Positions 28,114-41,299 of a stretch of DNA of 64,000 nucleotides are shown piece by piece. The position numbers were made by a program, and so were the translations under genes. The stretch lies in assembly GCF_009914755.1 (NCBI RefSeq), contig NC_060940.1. The stretch is one strand, 5' to 3'. The notes below the pieces were generated by a model, which saw only the letters and a program-made list of their open reading frames with translations, was not told the DNA's origin and did no database searches. The stretch is from the human T2T-CHM13v2.0 reference genome, Homo sapiens. How positions within the stretch are numbered: the first letter of the stretch is position 1; each line of letters starts with the position of its first letter.

Positions 28114-29912
28114 CTTTAACATTTTAAACCTCAGCACAAGAAAGGTTGGTTTTACTACCCCTGCTTTATAGATGAGCAAGCAGGATAAATAACTTGGTTA
28201 TGTTTGTTTAACTAGTATCGTAGTCAGGGTTTTTCTTTTTTCCAGACGCATAAACATACTGAAACTTACTGAAATGATATAGGGATTCTAAATGAAGCTC
28301 CCTCTTTACGGACAAGGCTGCTGTGTATGGCTTTGCAGGCTGTACCACTGCACGATTTTAGGGAGAGCTGTGCATCACAGGGGCTGGGAAGCCAGGGTGT
28401 CTGAGGCAACTTGAAATTGGCATCTTGTTGAAACTTGGGCACTCCGGCTTTTGGAAATAAGTAAATGGTTATCTCCACTGTTCTCTGCCATTATTATTAT
28501 TGTTGTTGTAGTCACTAGTACTGCTGCTGCTAATGCTGTCAGTGCTGCTACTATGGTAGTTATTCTCTGTTTAGAATGTCCATAAATTCAGCTGGTCCAT
28601 GAACAATCATGTTCTTCCTGCCTATGTCAGCATGATTTTTCACATTCATGGTCTATGGCTGTCAACCTTCTTCTCTGTCTCTTAGTTCAAGTTTCTGTAA
28701 TAATCTGATCAGATGAGCTTGTCACTGTTTTATACCAGACAAAGCCTTATGAGTCTTATTGGCCAATGACCAATAAGAATGCCCCTTTTCAGGTCTGGTT
28801 TATACCATGAGTGCAATTAGCTGAGGCCTGGGGTGAAGTTGTATGACACAGAGAAAATGTGGTGCATTCACCAGAAACAACTCCAGATGTTTTTGCTGAG
28901 TAATGGCTGATACATGTTAATGGAAGTAAAAACAATTTCAAATAATTTCTCATAAAGGCACATTTAAAACTTTTCAGTTACCTGTAAGCAGGATATCAAA
29001 TTTTATGTGAATTATGTTCAAAATGGCAATTATGAAAGTTTATATAAAATAGATATAGGGTTATCTGTGAAATTTAACATTGGTTATCCCTCTATGCATC
29101 TACAGATCTACAGAGGTCACCTCGTTTTTCTTTTATTTCTAAAAACAGCTTAAAAAGGTTTAATAATTAAAATAATCAACTATTATTATATTGGGGGTCA
29201 ACAATTATGTAAATTGTATATCGTTTATATATTTAATATAGTCTAATTATATATTACTATATTTTATATCATATTATTGTTGAAGTTTCAAATGTATTTT
29301 TAGTTTTATTAATTGATTAATGTTTTCTGTATTTTCCACAATCCCTTTTGTTTTACAATTTTATGACATTAAATGCAATATTTATATAAAATGTTAATAT
29401 TTAAAATTATATAATATGAAATATGAGCAAACATTTATTTAATGTCTAATATTAAAAATCATTTGCAATTTTGGAACTAATATAAATGAATAAAGCTGTC
29501 ACTTTCAATATGTATAGTATATAATAAAAATGTATATAATTATTCAATAGGACTCAATTGCTTTAAGTTCCTGGGGTAAAAAGAATCTCATCAAAAACAA
29601 AGCTTTCCAAAGGATTTGTTGTTTATTCTTGAAAAAAAAAAATTACAGTGGCAAGGAACAGCCAGTAGATCTGTGACCTTTTAGCATGTGCCTCTAACTT
29701 GAGTACTCTCTGACCTTCCAACCAGCAAGTGCAGGCTACGTGAGTGAGCAGGCGGGACCTGGATATTAACGTCTTTCCTAAAAGATTTGAAAACATTCCT
29801 CCTGTTTTAGTCCATCTTCCATTTCCATCTTCAGAGATAATGTGTGCTGTTAATTCCAGAGACTTCCTAGGATTCTGTTGTTGTTGTTGTTGTTATAAAT
29901 ATCTATGCTTAT

Positions 29913-30205
29913 TGTGTTAGTCTGGATCTTCCAAGAAACAGACACCAAGATGGGACTAAACATGCAGAGTGGGGAAAAGACCTGTATGAGAAGAAACGGG
30001 AAGGGGGTGGGAAAGCTCAGATAGCCTTCAGCTCATGATGAAATTCTGTCTCTGGATGGAGGAGAAAGCTAGGGAATGTTGGATTAAAGCATCCTAGATT
30101 TAAGTTGCTGTGCATACCCTAAAGATTTGGTAAAGCCATCTGGGTGTCCTTTAGCCAACATGAGAGCTGTCAGATGAGTTGTTTTTCTGGGAAATTGATT
30201 TGCCT
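29913..30205 (-). mobile_element. Old ERVL LTR fragment, LTR33/LTR41-like
   Basis: tgtgttagtctggatcttccaagaaacagacaccaagatggg. Confidence 0.5.
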
Positions 30206-31548
30206 TCGTGTAGATCTGCCTTTTTCTTTCTCTCTTTTTTTTTAATCTTCAATAAAGATCCTTTATAAAAAATATGCCAGAGGGTCCCCCTAGTGGCATG
30301 GAAGAATTATCCCATCCTAATGCCTCCTTCCAAACAAAGTCTCACTGATAAAGGCTACAGGCATTCTTTACTCCAGGCAACTGTAAGCAAAAAGATTACC
30401 ATGTGACTTCATTTCCATAATGCTGCTAAGGCAGACTAGCTCTCCAGCCTCCCCACCCTGCTCCCTGCGCACTTTTTTTTCTAGCATGGGCAGGGAAAAA
30501 TATCAAACAATCTGTTAATGAGCATTTGGTGAAGTGTAATGAATACAGTCTAATTCACTAATTGAGGCTCATTCCACAACTCTCCACTAATAAGCATCTT
30601 AATGTGCTTAACTGCAAGTGTCCAAAATAGTTATTGAGATGTGTGGAAATTTCCCATTCTGTATGTGAAAATTTTGATAATGTTGCAGCTTGATTAATTG
30701 AGAGAAAATTTTTCACTAACAATGAAGAAAATGTAAAAGCAGGAAAATCATATAATTACATCTTGTAAAATGGACTGACAAATAACATTATTGAAACAAA
30801 TTATTTCCTGAAGTAACTTTTACTGCAGTGGGACACTGATTTCAGTTTCCATGTGATGTCACACAAAACTGACATTGAGAATTTATTTGATTAACTTGTT
30901 AAAAGATATAACAAATAAATTGGTCAATATTTTATTAATTATAAAAGTCAGAAAAGACAAATTTATGATTTTGGTTTCAACCAGATTTATTTTCTTCACC
31001 TTAAAAATGTACCTATTAAAGTTGAAATGAATATAATGAATAAATCAGTTATTATATAAAAACCTTCTCCCGTCTCCCTGTCTGTTTCTTCCTTTCCCAT
31101 CCAATATCCTTTCTTCTTTTTGAGCTTCATTCCTATAGAAGTAAGAAAATTTCTCAAAATGATACTCTTCCATCACTACCTTGAGAACCACCTTTAGCTC
31201 CTTCCAGCTTTGACAGGAAAAGGAGTCTTTTTCTTTAGTTCTAGAAAGGGTCCTAATGTTAGCTTTGATGGTTTCTGGCTCTGATTGGATGATTCCTTAA
31301 CTAATCATTATTAGGAAAAGGAAATGTTCTGATTGCCCACCTCTTCAGCAGGATGTAGCTTCACCTCTCAAACTACAGGACTGGAGGTGAGTAGCTCCCA
31401 TAAGTGGGCATGGCTACTGGAAAGGCACAAATAAAGCACATCACCTACAACCAACAAACAGGAAACTTAAACTTGAAGAATTCCCCTTAGATAATCATCA
31501 TATTCTCCTTTCAAGCCTAAGGTAGAATCTTTAGAAAGATAGACATTG

Positions 31549-31961
31549 ATTAGCATATTAATAGCAGTGAGTATAAAGAGGTCACTTTCACTGCCGTCTT
31601 GGTTTTGGTGGGTTTTGGCTGGCTTCTTTTTTGCATTCTGTTTTATCAGTAGGGTCTTTGTGAACTGTATCTTATGCAGATCTCCTGTCTCATCCTGTGA
31701 CTAAGGATGCCTGAACTCCTGGGAATGCAGCCCAGTAGGTCTCAGCACTATTTTACCCAGCCCCTATTCAAGATGGAGTTGCTCTGGTTCTAAGGCCTCT
31801 TACAGTTGATTCAAAGCCAAAAAATGAAAGCAGTGGTCAGGAGTGGAGACCAAGCTGGATCCCTCTTGTTTCATTTCCTTTATGGAACAGCACACCATTA
31901 GAGGGTCAGGTGGATCAGCCCAGATGTGGGAATAGGCTCACTGCTGGGGGAACTCTGGACA
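31549..31961 (-). repeat. Left arm of a local inverted duplication (MER41 5' part plus flank)
   Basis: Hand alignment: reverse complement of 32875-33292, including a 94-bp perfect run at 31749-31842. Confidence 0.97.
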
Positions 31962-32789
31962 TTTAGTACAGGTAAAAAAATATCCCTGGAGAAGTCAGAA
32001 TACTTTTTTGTCTCATCAGGCTATGTTGTTTTGAGAAATACAGTGTCCAGGTAACCCTAGATAATGTAGCACATCTTTCTTCAATCATAAAATGCAAGTG
32101 ATTTTTCTCTTCCCAGTATACCTATGAAATATTTTTATGACATTCCATGGAAAAACAGTTGTATCAATCTTTACTATAAATATTTCTTCTCAGTGGTAAT
32201 ATCTTCCTTGTAGTGAAGGCAAATCCATCTTTTTGTACTGATTTTATTCTTTTTAAATTTTTTTTTTTTCTAGAATAACCCAGTCCTTGGCAAGAAATAA
32301 GGAAAACTACTTAAACTCCATTTCCTGCTCTACCTGCCCCAGAATTTTATTCCTCAGCTCTGGTCCAAACCTCCCACTTACCAGCTATGTAATGAAGTCA
32401 ATGTATTCTAAAAAGTTTAAAAATTCTTTATATCCATGTGCACAATCAGCAAGTCATTTGGAATTTCCAAACAAATTCAACAAGCATAAGGATATATATG
32501 TATAGATACATGCTTATTGGCAGAATCTCTTCTGAATGCGAATGAGAAGAACTGGCTTAAGCTATATAAGGTCATTTACGTACCAAGAATGAGTGTGGCA
32601 TTGATACAGGGGATAACTGAGGAATGAAGGAGATTCACTACATGTCAGAAAAAGTGCAGTGTTCATTGCAAACTATTGTCTGGGAGCCAATAAACCAAAT
32701 CTGCTTCTATCTGACAATGCTGGTATAGACAAGTCGACTAATATCTTAGCCTCATTTTCTCTGATCTGAAACATCATTTCTCCCCTCTG

Positions 32790-33035
32790 ACTCAGTATTC
32801 AGTAATTCTCCACCCCTAGAATTTCCTCCTCTACCTCTCCCTAGCCCTTGGGTCCATAAAACTATAGGAGCCTTTGTCCAGAGTTCCCCAGCAGTGAGCC
32901 CACTCCCGCATCTGGGCTGATCCACATGACCCAACCCTCTAACAGTGTGCTGTTCCATAAAGGAAATGAAAGAAGAAGGAGCCAGCTTTGTCTCCATTCC
33001 TGACCACTGCTTTCATTTTTTGGCTTTGAATCAAC
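32790..33035 (+). mobile_element. Probable old ERVL LTR (MER54/MER74-like) hosting MER41; resumes at ~33666-33720
   Basis: ccttgggtccataaaactataggagcctttgtccagagttcccc, a TATA-like LTR segment; family recalled, not searched. Confidence 0.4.
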
Positions 33036-33665
33036 TGTAAGAGGCCTTAGAACCAGAGCAACTCCATCTTGAATAGGGGCTGGGTAAAATAATGCTGAGA
33101 CCTACTGGGCTGCATTCCCAGGAGTTCAGGCATCCTTAGTCACAGGATGAGACAGGAGATCAGCATAAGATACAGTTCACAAAGACCCTGCTGATAAAAC
33201 AGAATGCAAAAAAGAAGCCAGCCAAAACCCACCAAAACCAAGACGGCAATGAAAGTGACCTCTGGTTGTACTCACTGCTATTAATACGCTAATTATAATG
33301 CATTAACCTGCTAAAAGACACTCCCACCAGTGCCATGACAGTTTACAAACACCATGACAATGTCAGGAAGTTATTCTATATGGTCTAAAAAGGGAAGGAA
33401 CCCTCAGTTCTGAGAATTGCCCACCCCTTTCCTGGAAAACTCATGAATAATCCACCCATTACTTAGCATATAATCAAGAAATAACTGTAAGTATACTCAG
33501 TTGAGCAGCCCATGACACTGTTCTGCCTATGGAGTAACCATTCTTTAATTTCTTTACTTTATTAATAAACTTGCTTTCACTTTACCCTATGGACTTGCCC
33601 TGAATTCTTTCTTTGCACCAATTCCAAGAGCCCTCTCTGGGGGTCTGGATCCCTTTCCGGTAACA
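33036..33665 (+). mobile_element. MER41 (MER41B-like) ERV1 solo LTR
   Basis: tgtaagaggcc...gaaccagagcaactccatcttgaataggggctggg start; AATAAA ~33564; ccctttccggtaaca end; TSD CAAC at 33032-33035 and 33666-33669. Confidence 0.93.
33408..33437 (+). promoter_or_regulatory. Tandem GAS (STAT) motifs in MER41
   Basis: TTCTGAGAA (33408-33416) and TTCCTGGAA (33429-33437) both fit TTCN3GAA; function not shown. Confidence 0.6.
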
Positions 33666-34568
33666 CAACTACTCTTGACACCTGGCACCCAGCTCTCCGT
33701 AGTTCAGCTGAGCTCCTCTCTTTCTCTCTCTCTCTCACATACAAGATGGGCAGCACTTAGATATTCATCATTTTAAGGAAATTGGCTTCCCTGGAACTTG
33801 CAAACATTCCATTAGTATATATCAATTTTTTACATACCGAATCTCTTTATCTTTCCATAACTTTTCTAATGGAATCGACTTCAGGAAATCATGAGATCTT
33901 GACTTGGCAAAGAAAACTTCCTTATAACCTTTTAATAGAATATCACATATATGACATGAAAAGAATGTTGACTAAAGGTAAGCCTAAGAGTACTGCGTTT
34001 CACAGTAGATTTTGGGTGGGTAGCTTATGTAAAATACATGAAGTAAGTTTAAGCCAAGTATCAGGCCTGACAAAGTGACGAGTTAGAATGGAGTTTGGAA
34101 ATCAAGTAAGATAACCGAAAAAAAAAAAAAGAAAAACAATTCATGATGTCTTATGGAATTCCTGTAATTGGGGTATACATTTGGTCTGATTTTCCTGGCA
34201 ATCCAAGTGAAAGGGGGAATATAAATGATTACATAATTCTCCTTTTTCACATATTAAAAAAATGTGCTGAATCCTCAGGCATGGTTGGCACTTCCCAGAA
34301 TTTCTCTCTTAAGTAAAGTTGTCACACAATGCTTCAGAAAGGAATGTGAAGGGATGAATAATCTTCATAAGGGGAGAAGACTTCACAGTCTTCTTCACAG
34401 AAATAAAAGAGTGATTAAAAACAAGCATCAGGGTGGACGTGTACCAGTTTAGAAAGGCCCAAAGAAATGACTTTGAAAATGTTGTGTCTTTCATCCTTTG
34501 GTAGTTCCTTTCCTTTGTGGGATCTTACCTCTTACTCTTATTATTCCCTAGAGGGAATTATTTTAAAG

Positions 34569-35062
34569 AAGTGGCTCTCAAAGTACAGTCACAGTACTGG
34601 TAACAGCAGCATTAAGTGGAACTTTATTAGAAATGCAAATTCTCGGGTCCACTTGCTGAGTCAGAAATTCTAGAGGTAGAGCCCAGCAATATGATTTAAG
34701 AAGCCTCCATATGCTTGGCATGGAGGCTCTACCTATAATCTCAGCATTTTGGGATCCTGAGGCAGGAAGGTCATTTGAGGTTAGGAGCTTGAGACTAGCC
34801 TGGGCAACATAAGGAGACTCTGTCTACAAAAACTTTAAAAATTAGTCCAGCATGGTGTCATGCACCTGTAGTCCCAGCTACTCAGGAGGCTGAGGTGGGA
34901 GGATCACTTAATCCCAGGAGTTTGGGGCTGCAGTGAGCTATTGATCATGCCACTGCACTCCAGCCAAGGTAGCAGAACAAGACCTCATCTATGAAAAAAA
35001 TAAAATAAAATAAAATAAACCTCCATGTGATTCTGATGTACATTCCATTCTGAAAACCAGTG
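34569..35062. mobile_element. MER5A split by an AluJ
   Basis: gtggctctcaaagt...ttagaaatgcaaattctcggg...cccagcaat; resumes gtgattctgatg...gaaaaccagtg. Confidence 0.85.
34713..35016 (+). mobile_element. AluJ SINE
   Basis: gcctgggcaacata, ggaggatcactt, gctgcagtgagcta; (TAAAA)n tail; degenerate TSD aagcctccatat/aaacctccatgt. Confidence 0.9.
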
Positions 35063-35769
35063 CTCTACAGCCTTATTTCTTGCCTCCTGCACATTATTCC
35101 TTCACTTTAGGATTCTCTACTAAAACTCTCTGACATCTAGACACATGATTATCTAGTTACTGTCTCAAAGGAGACCTCCCTCTATCTCAGTTAGAACCAG
35201 CTTCTTATGGCTTGTTGGGAAAATCTCATTTTATGAATAAAAAATAATGAATCTGTAACTTACAAAATGACTTCTATCAATCATGTTAACAACCTCAGCA
35301 GAAGGTTATCTTGGTAATTTATCTGTATCAGCTACTTCTCACTGTGACTCAGATATTTAGAGATGTAGTTGCAAATGTGCAATTAGAACAATTTGGAAGA
35401 GAGTGACTAACAAGGAAACGCAGTTGTTCTCTTAGCTGAAGATGAAGAAGCAGGGTCTTGCATTATGGCATGTGGTCTAGAACTTGTTAAACTAGAACAA
35501 AGATACCTGAAGTATCCTCTAGTACAAAACATAACCCTGAAGTTAAAGATCAGTAGAGCATCTATGTGGTTCAGGCATTTCATTTATTCAATAAATAGGA
35601 ACTTATGTATACATTTATCTCAAAGAGTATAAATACCTTCAAATGTATTTATGATTGTGCGTATGCTAGCCTGAGGTAAGAGCGCGCCATCAAAACTAGA
35701 GTACAATGCCAAGCTCAAAAATGCTGACTTGTCAAAGCATTCTGATATGGTAGAAACATGAGGAACTAT

Positions 35770-35940
35770 GCCAGAATTTAAATTTAAATTTTTCAGTTAC
35801 TCTCATGTGATCAAGAGTGAATTACTAAATCTTTCACAACTGTTGTTTATTCATTTAGAAAATTTGATCTGTGATATCTACTTTATTGAGGTAATATTAA
35901 TATGTAAAACATTTGTGGAACATAGGTTTTATATTTGTTC
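35770..35940 (+). mobile_element. MIR
   Basis: atgtgatcaagagtgaattactaaatctt...tatgtaaaacatttg. Confidence 0.5.
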
Positions 35941-36446
35941 ACTTTTTGTTCCCCTGCATTCCTTTCCTGGCTAGTAAATACTTCTAAAATTTAATCATTA
36001 AGATGTAGAGCTTTAAATCTGGGTTAAAAGTAAGACCTAGAGATTTCACATGTACTTACTTTTTATCCATGATATTGGTGGATATTACAAGAAAATGTAT
36101 ATTTCTCCCTTAACTACATTTTGTTATATATATAGTCTGTAGTTTATACACAAAAAAGAAGTGCCTTACCACCTAGAATAGAAGTTGTCATGATCCAAGT
36201 GGACTTCATAAATTAGTTGTGTATTGAACTAGAACCCTGAAAGATTGATTTTGACATAGCCTGGAAAAAATGAAGTGTAAAAAGAAAGCTGTTGGTAGAA
36301 GAAATGGGTGACTAGGCTTAGTATCTCCTAATTCTGTGGTGAAAAAAATATATTGATATAATTAAATTTATATTAGTGAGCCAGTAAATGCATGGGACCA
36401 GAAATTCTACTCATTAGTGGCAATGGGTGGATAAAACCAGCACTCT

Positions 36447-37021
36447 GACCTAAAGACAGAAATAGTATTAGACTCAGCAATCCTATTACTGAGTATATAC
36501 CCAAAGGAATATAACTCATTCTGTTATAAAGACACATGCACGTGTATGCTTATTGCAGCACTATTCACAATAGCGAAGACATGGAATCAACCTAAATGTC
36601 CCTCAATAATAAACTGGATAAAGAACATGTGGTACATATACATCATGGAATACTATGCAACCATAAAAAGGAATGAGGTCATGTCCTTTGCAGGGACATG
36701 GATGGAGCTAGAGGCCATTATCCTTAGCAAACTAAAGCAGGAACAGAAAACCAAGTACCGCATGATCTCACTTATAAGTGGGAGCTAAATAATGAGAACA
36801 CATGGACACATAGAGGGGAACAACACAAACTGGGGTCTATCAGAGGGTGGAAGATGGGAGGAGGGAGAGGATCAGGAAAAATAACTAATGGATACTAGGC
36901 TTAATACCTCGGTGATGAAATAATCTGTATAACAAACCTCCATGGAACATGTTACCTATGTAACAAACCTGCACATCCTATACTTGTACTCCTGAATTTA
37001 AAATAAAAGTTAAAAAAAAAA
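36447..37021 (+). mobile_element. 5'-truncated older L1PA 3' end
   Basis: ORF2 C-terminal remnant (MLIAALFTIAKTWNQPKCPS...), 3'UTR, aaataaaagtt plus A tail. Confidence 0.93.
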
Positions 37022-37739
37022 CACCCTTCCTTCTTAAAGCTTAGTAAGAGGGAAGACTGGGAAAATCCACTAAGGGTAATTTTTAGATATGCAATATTTT
37101 ATTTTAAGCTTTTGCCTGGATAGAAGTTTATACTACTTAGTCTAATTATGAAGAAACTTCTCCAAAATTTTCAAGTATGTGAGTTACAACCCTTTAGGAT
37201 GCACTATCTCTATTTTTCTTTAAGAACTTCCTACTTTCTGACACAATAATGATCAGTAGTAGAGGATCAGTAGTAGATAACTTACCTTACTGGAAGCCCT
37301 GACAAAGTTTTTGCATTGGACTGACCTGTGATGAATAGCTTCAGAACCAGAAAGGTTAAAGTTTGTTTTGCTTCCCAGATTTCAATGGAAACTTTTTTTT
37401 TTAAGTTCTTGAAATATCTGAGCCAGTTTTTCCATTTGTAAAAGGTGTCATCTGTAGCAGAGTTCAAAAGTTTGGCAAGAATTTTTATTTCCAACAATGC
37501 AGAGGATGATATCAACTTTCCCCATTACTGATTATTCAATATCACACGGTTAAGTTCTGCTAGATTTTTCCATTCCAAGATACTTAAAAAAATACACTTT
37601 TAGTCTTATACTATGGGGTCTTATACTTTGAGAAGTTTACAATTAAGGGGATTTCATATGAGATTATAAATTGAGAGCATGTGAATATTCTATGTCCCCA
37701 AAATAATGTTATTTAAACATTTAACATTCAGTAATAATC

Positions 37740-38090
37740 ATTGTCTGGAATAACTGATAAATTGGCAGTTGTATAATGGTGATTTTTGTAAAAAATTATG
37801 TCACTCTTTATATAATTACTAGCTGACATTCTTTTCCCCCCAGTAAGTTTTCCCATTTCTTCCTCCTCTTCCTTCCTCTTCTTATTTCTGATAATTAATA
37901 TTGAATATTACTACATATTATATTCTAGTACTTCTAGTATTATTTTTGATGTCAAACTGTTCACAATTTGGACAGTGATAGGATAGCCAGATTAAACTGA
38001 CTTCTGTCTCTTTTGACACACTATTTCTATTTTTCCTTGAATATTTCCTACTTTCTGACATAGTATGATATTCCTCATCCTTATTTATTC
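37740..38090 (-). mobile_element. L1ME-like fragment
   Basis: ttttgatgtcaaactgttcacaatttgg...gacttctgtctcttttgaca...ttcctactttctgaca. Confidence 0.5.
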
Positions 38091-38582
38091 TACATGTTTT
38101 AGTAACTTGAAGTTCTCTGTCTTATAATTATGCTACAAGAATGAGGTTTAGGTAGCTGTGTTTGTTTTTGTTGCCTTCCTTCCTTTACTTCCTCCTTTCT
38201 ACCTTTCTTCCCTTTTTTCATATTTTTTATTTTATTTTTGAGGATGTGATACAAGTTTTGGAAATATAAAATTATGGTCACTATAACCTCAGCTATTTAG
38301 AATTCCTTAAGTCTAGGATTTTTGCTAGATTATATCTCAGAGTTGACCATTCCAGATCAGTTTCCCATGTACCAATACACTTTTAAAATATACATGTTCA
38401 ACTTAAAGACACAGACTAGTGACACTATAAAGCAACCACACAAACAAGTCTGCATAACAACCACCTAACAATATGATCACATTATCAAATTTACACATAT
38501 CAATACTCGCCTTGAATATAAATGGGCTAACTTCCCCAGTTAAAAGGCAAAGAATGGCAAGCTGTATAAAGAAGCAAGACCT

Positions 38583-38885
<303 letters not shown>

Positions 38886-40213
38886 GAAGCAAGACCCAAG
38901 GGTATGCTGTCTTCAAGAGACCCATCGCCCATGTAATGACACCCAAAGGCTCAAAATAAAGGGAGAGAGAAAAATCTACCAAGCAAAGAGAAATCAGAAA
39001 AAGCAGGGGTTGCAATTCCAATTTCAGATAAAACAGATTTTAAGCCAACAAAGATCAAAAAAGACAAAGAAGACCATTACATAATGGTAAAGGGTTTAAT
39101 TCAACAAAAAGACTTCACTATCCTACATATATATGTGTACCCAACACATGAGCACCCAGATTCATTTATCAAATTCTTAGAGAATGTCAAAGAGTCTTAG
39201 ACTGCCACACAACAATAGCGGGAGACATAAACGCTCCACTGACAATATTAGACAGATTATTGAAGCAGAAAATTAACAAAGATATTCAGGACCTGAATGC
39301 AACACTTGACCAAATGGACCTAATAAACATCTACAGAACTATCCATCGAAAAACAAGAGAATATACATTCTTCTCATTGCCACATGGCACATATTCTAAA
39401 ATCCACCACACAATTGGGCACAAAACAATCCTCAGCAAATCAAAAAAAAACCCTGAAATTATACCATCCACACTCTTGGACAAATGTGCAATAAAAATAG
39501 TATTTAATATGAAGAAAATTGCACAAAGCATACATTTATATGGAAATTAAGCAACCTGCTCCTCAGTAGTGACTTTTGGGTAAATAATAAAATTAAGGCA
39601 GAAATCAAGAAGTATTTGAAACTAATGAGGACAAAGATACAACATACCGGAATCTCTAGGACACAGCTAAGGTAGTGTTAATAAGAAAATCTATAGCACT
39701 AAACACCCACATCAAAAAGTTACAAAGATCTCAAATTAACAGCCTCACATCACAACTAGAAGAACTAGAGAACCAAGATCAACCCCACCCCAAAGCTAGC
39801 AGAAAACAGGAAATTACCAAAATCAGAGCTGAACTGAAGTAGATTGAAACAGAAAAAAAATCACAAAAAAATCACAATATCCAGGAGATGGTTATATGAA
39901 AACATTAAGCAGATAGCTAGGATGCTAGCTAGATTAATAAAGAAGAAGAGAAGATACAAACACACAATTAGAAATGACCAAGAAGACATTACTATTGACC
40001 CCACAGAAATATAGATAACCATGAGAGACTACTGTGAACACCTCTAGGCATCCCAACTAGAAAAGCAAGAAGAAATGGATGAATTATCGGACACATACAC
40101 CCACCCAAGCTTGAACCAGGAAGAAATTGAATCCCTGAACAGACCAATAACAAGCTCTGAAATTAAGTCAGTAATAGATAGTCTATTAATCAACCAAAAA
40201 GAAAAAAAAAGCC

Positions 40214-40534
<321 letters not shown>

Positions 40535-41261
40535 CTACCAGATGTACAAAGACCTGGTACCATTCCTACTGAAACTATTCTGAAAAATTGAGAAGGAGGG
40601 ATTCCTCCTCAACTCAATCTGTGTAGTCAACATCATCCTGATACCAAAACCTAGCAGAGACACAATAAAAAGTGTGTATGTTGAAATACAACATACACGT
40701 AAACATAATCAATAAATGTAAATCTTCACATAAACAAAACTAACGATAAAAAGTATGATTATCTTAATAGGTGCAGTAGAGTTTTTCAATGAAATATAGT
40801 AACCTTTCATGTTTAAGACCCTCAGTATACTAGTCATAGAAGGAATATACATGAAAATAATAAGAGCCATTTATGACAAGTCCACAGCCAACATCATACT
40901 GAATTCATAAAAGCTAAAAGCATTCTTCTTGAAAATTGGCATCAGATAAGGATGTCCTCTCTCACCACTCCTATTCAACATAGTATTGGAAGTCCTGGCC
41001 AGGGCAACCAGGCAAAATAAATAAATAAATAAATAAAGGACATCCAAATAGGAAGAGAGGAAGTCAAACTATCCCTGTTTGCAGATGACATGATTCTATA
41101 TCAAGGAAAATCCCATAGTCTCTGCCCAAAAGCCCCTTGAGGTAATACATTCAGGGAAGTTTCATGATACAATATCAACGTACATAAATCAGTATCATTT
41201 CTACACATCAAAAACATCCAAATGAAGCACCAATTCAGGAATGCAATCCCATTCTTAATTG

Positions 41262-41262
<1 letters not shown>

Positions 41263-41298
<36 letters not shown>
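41263..41298. repeat. (CA)n microsatellite in L1
   Basis: Direct reading. Confidence 0.95.
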
Positions 41299-41299
<1 letters not shown>

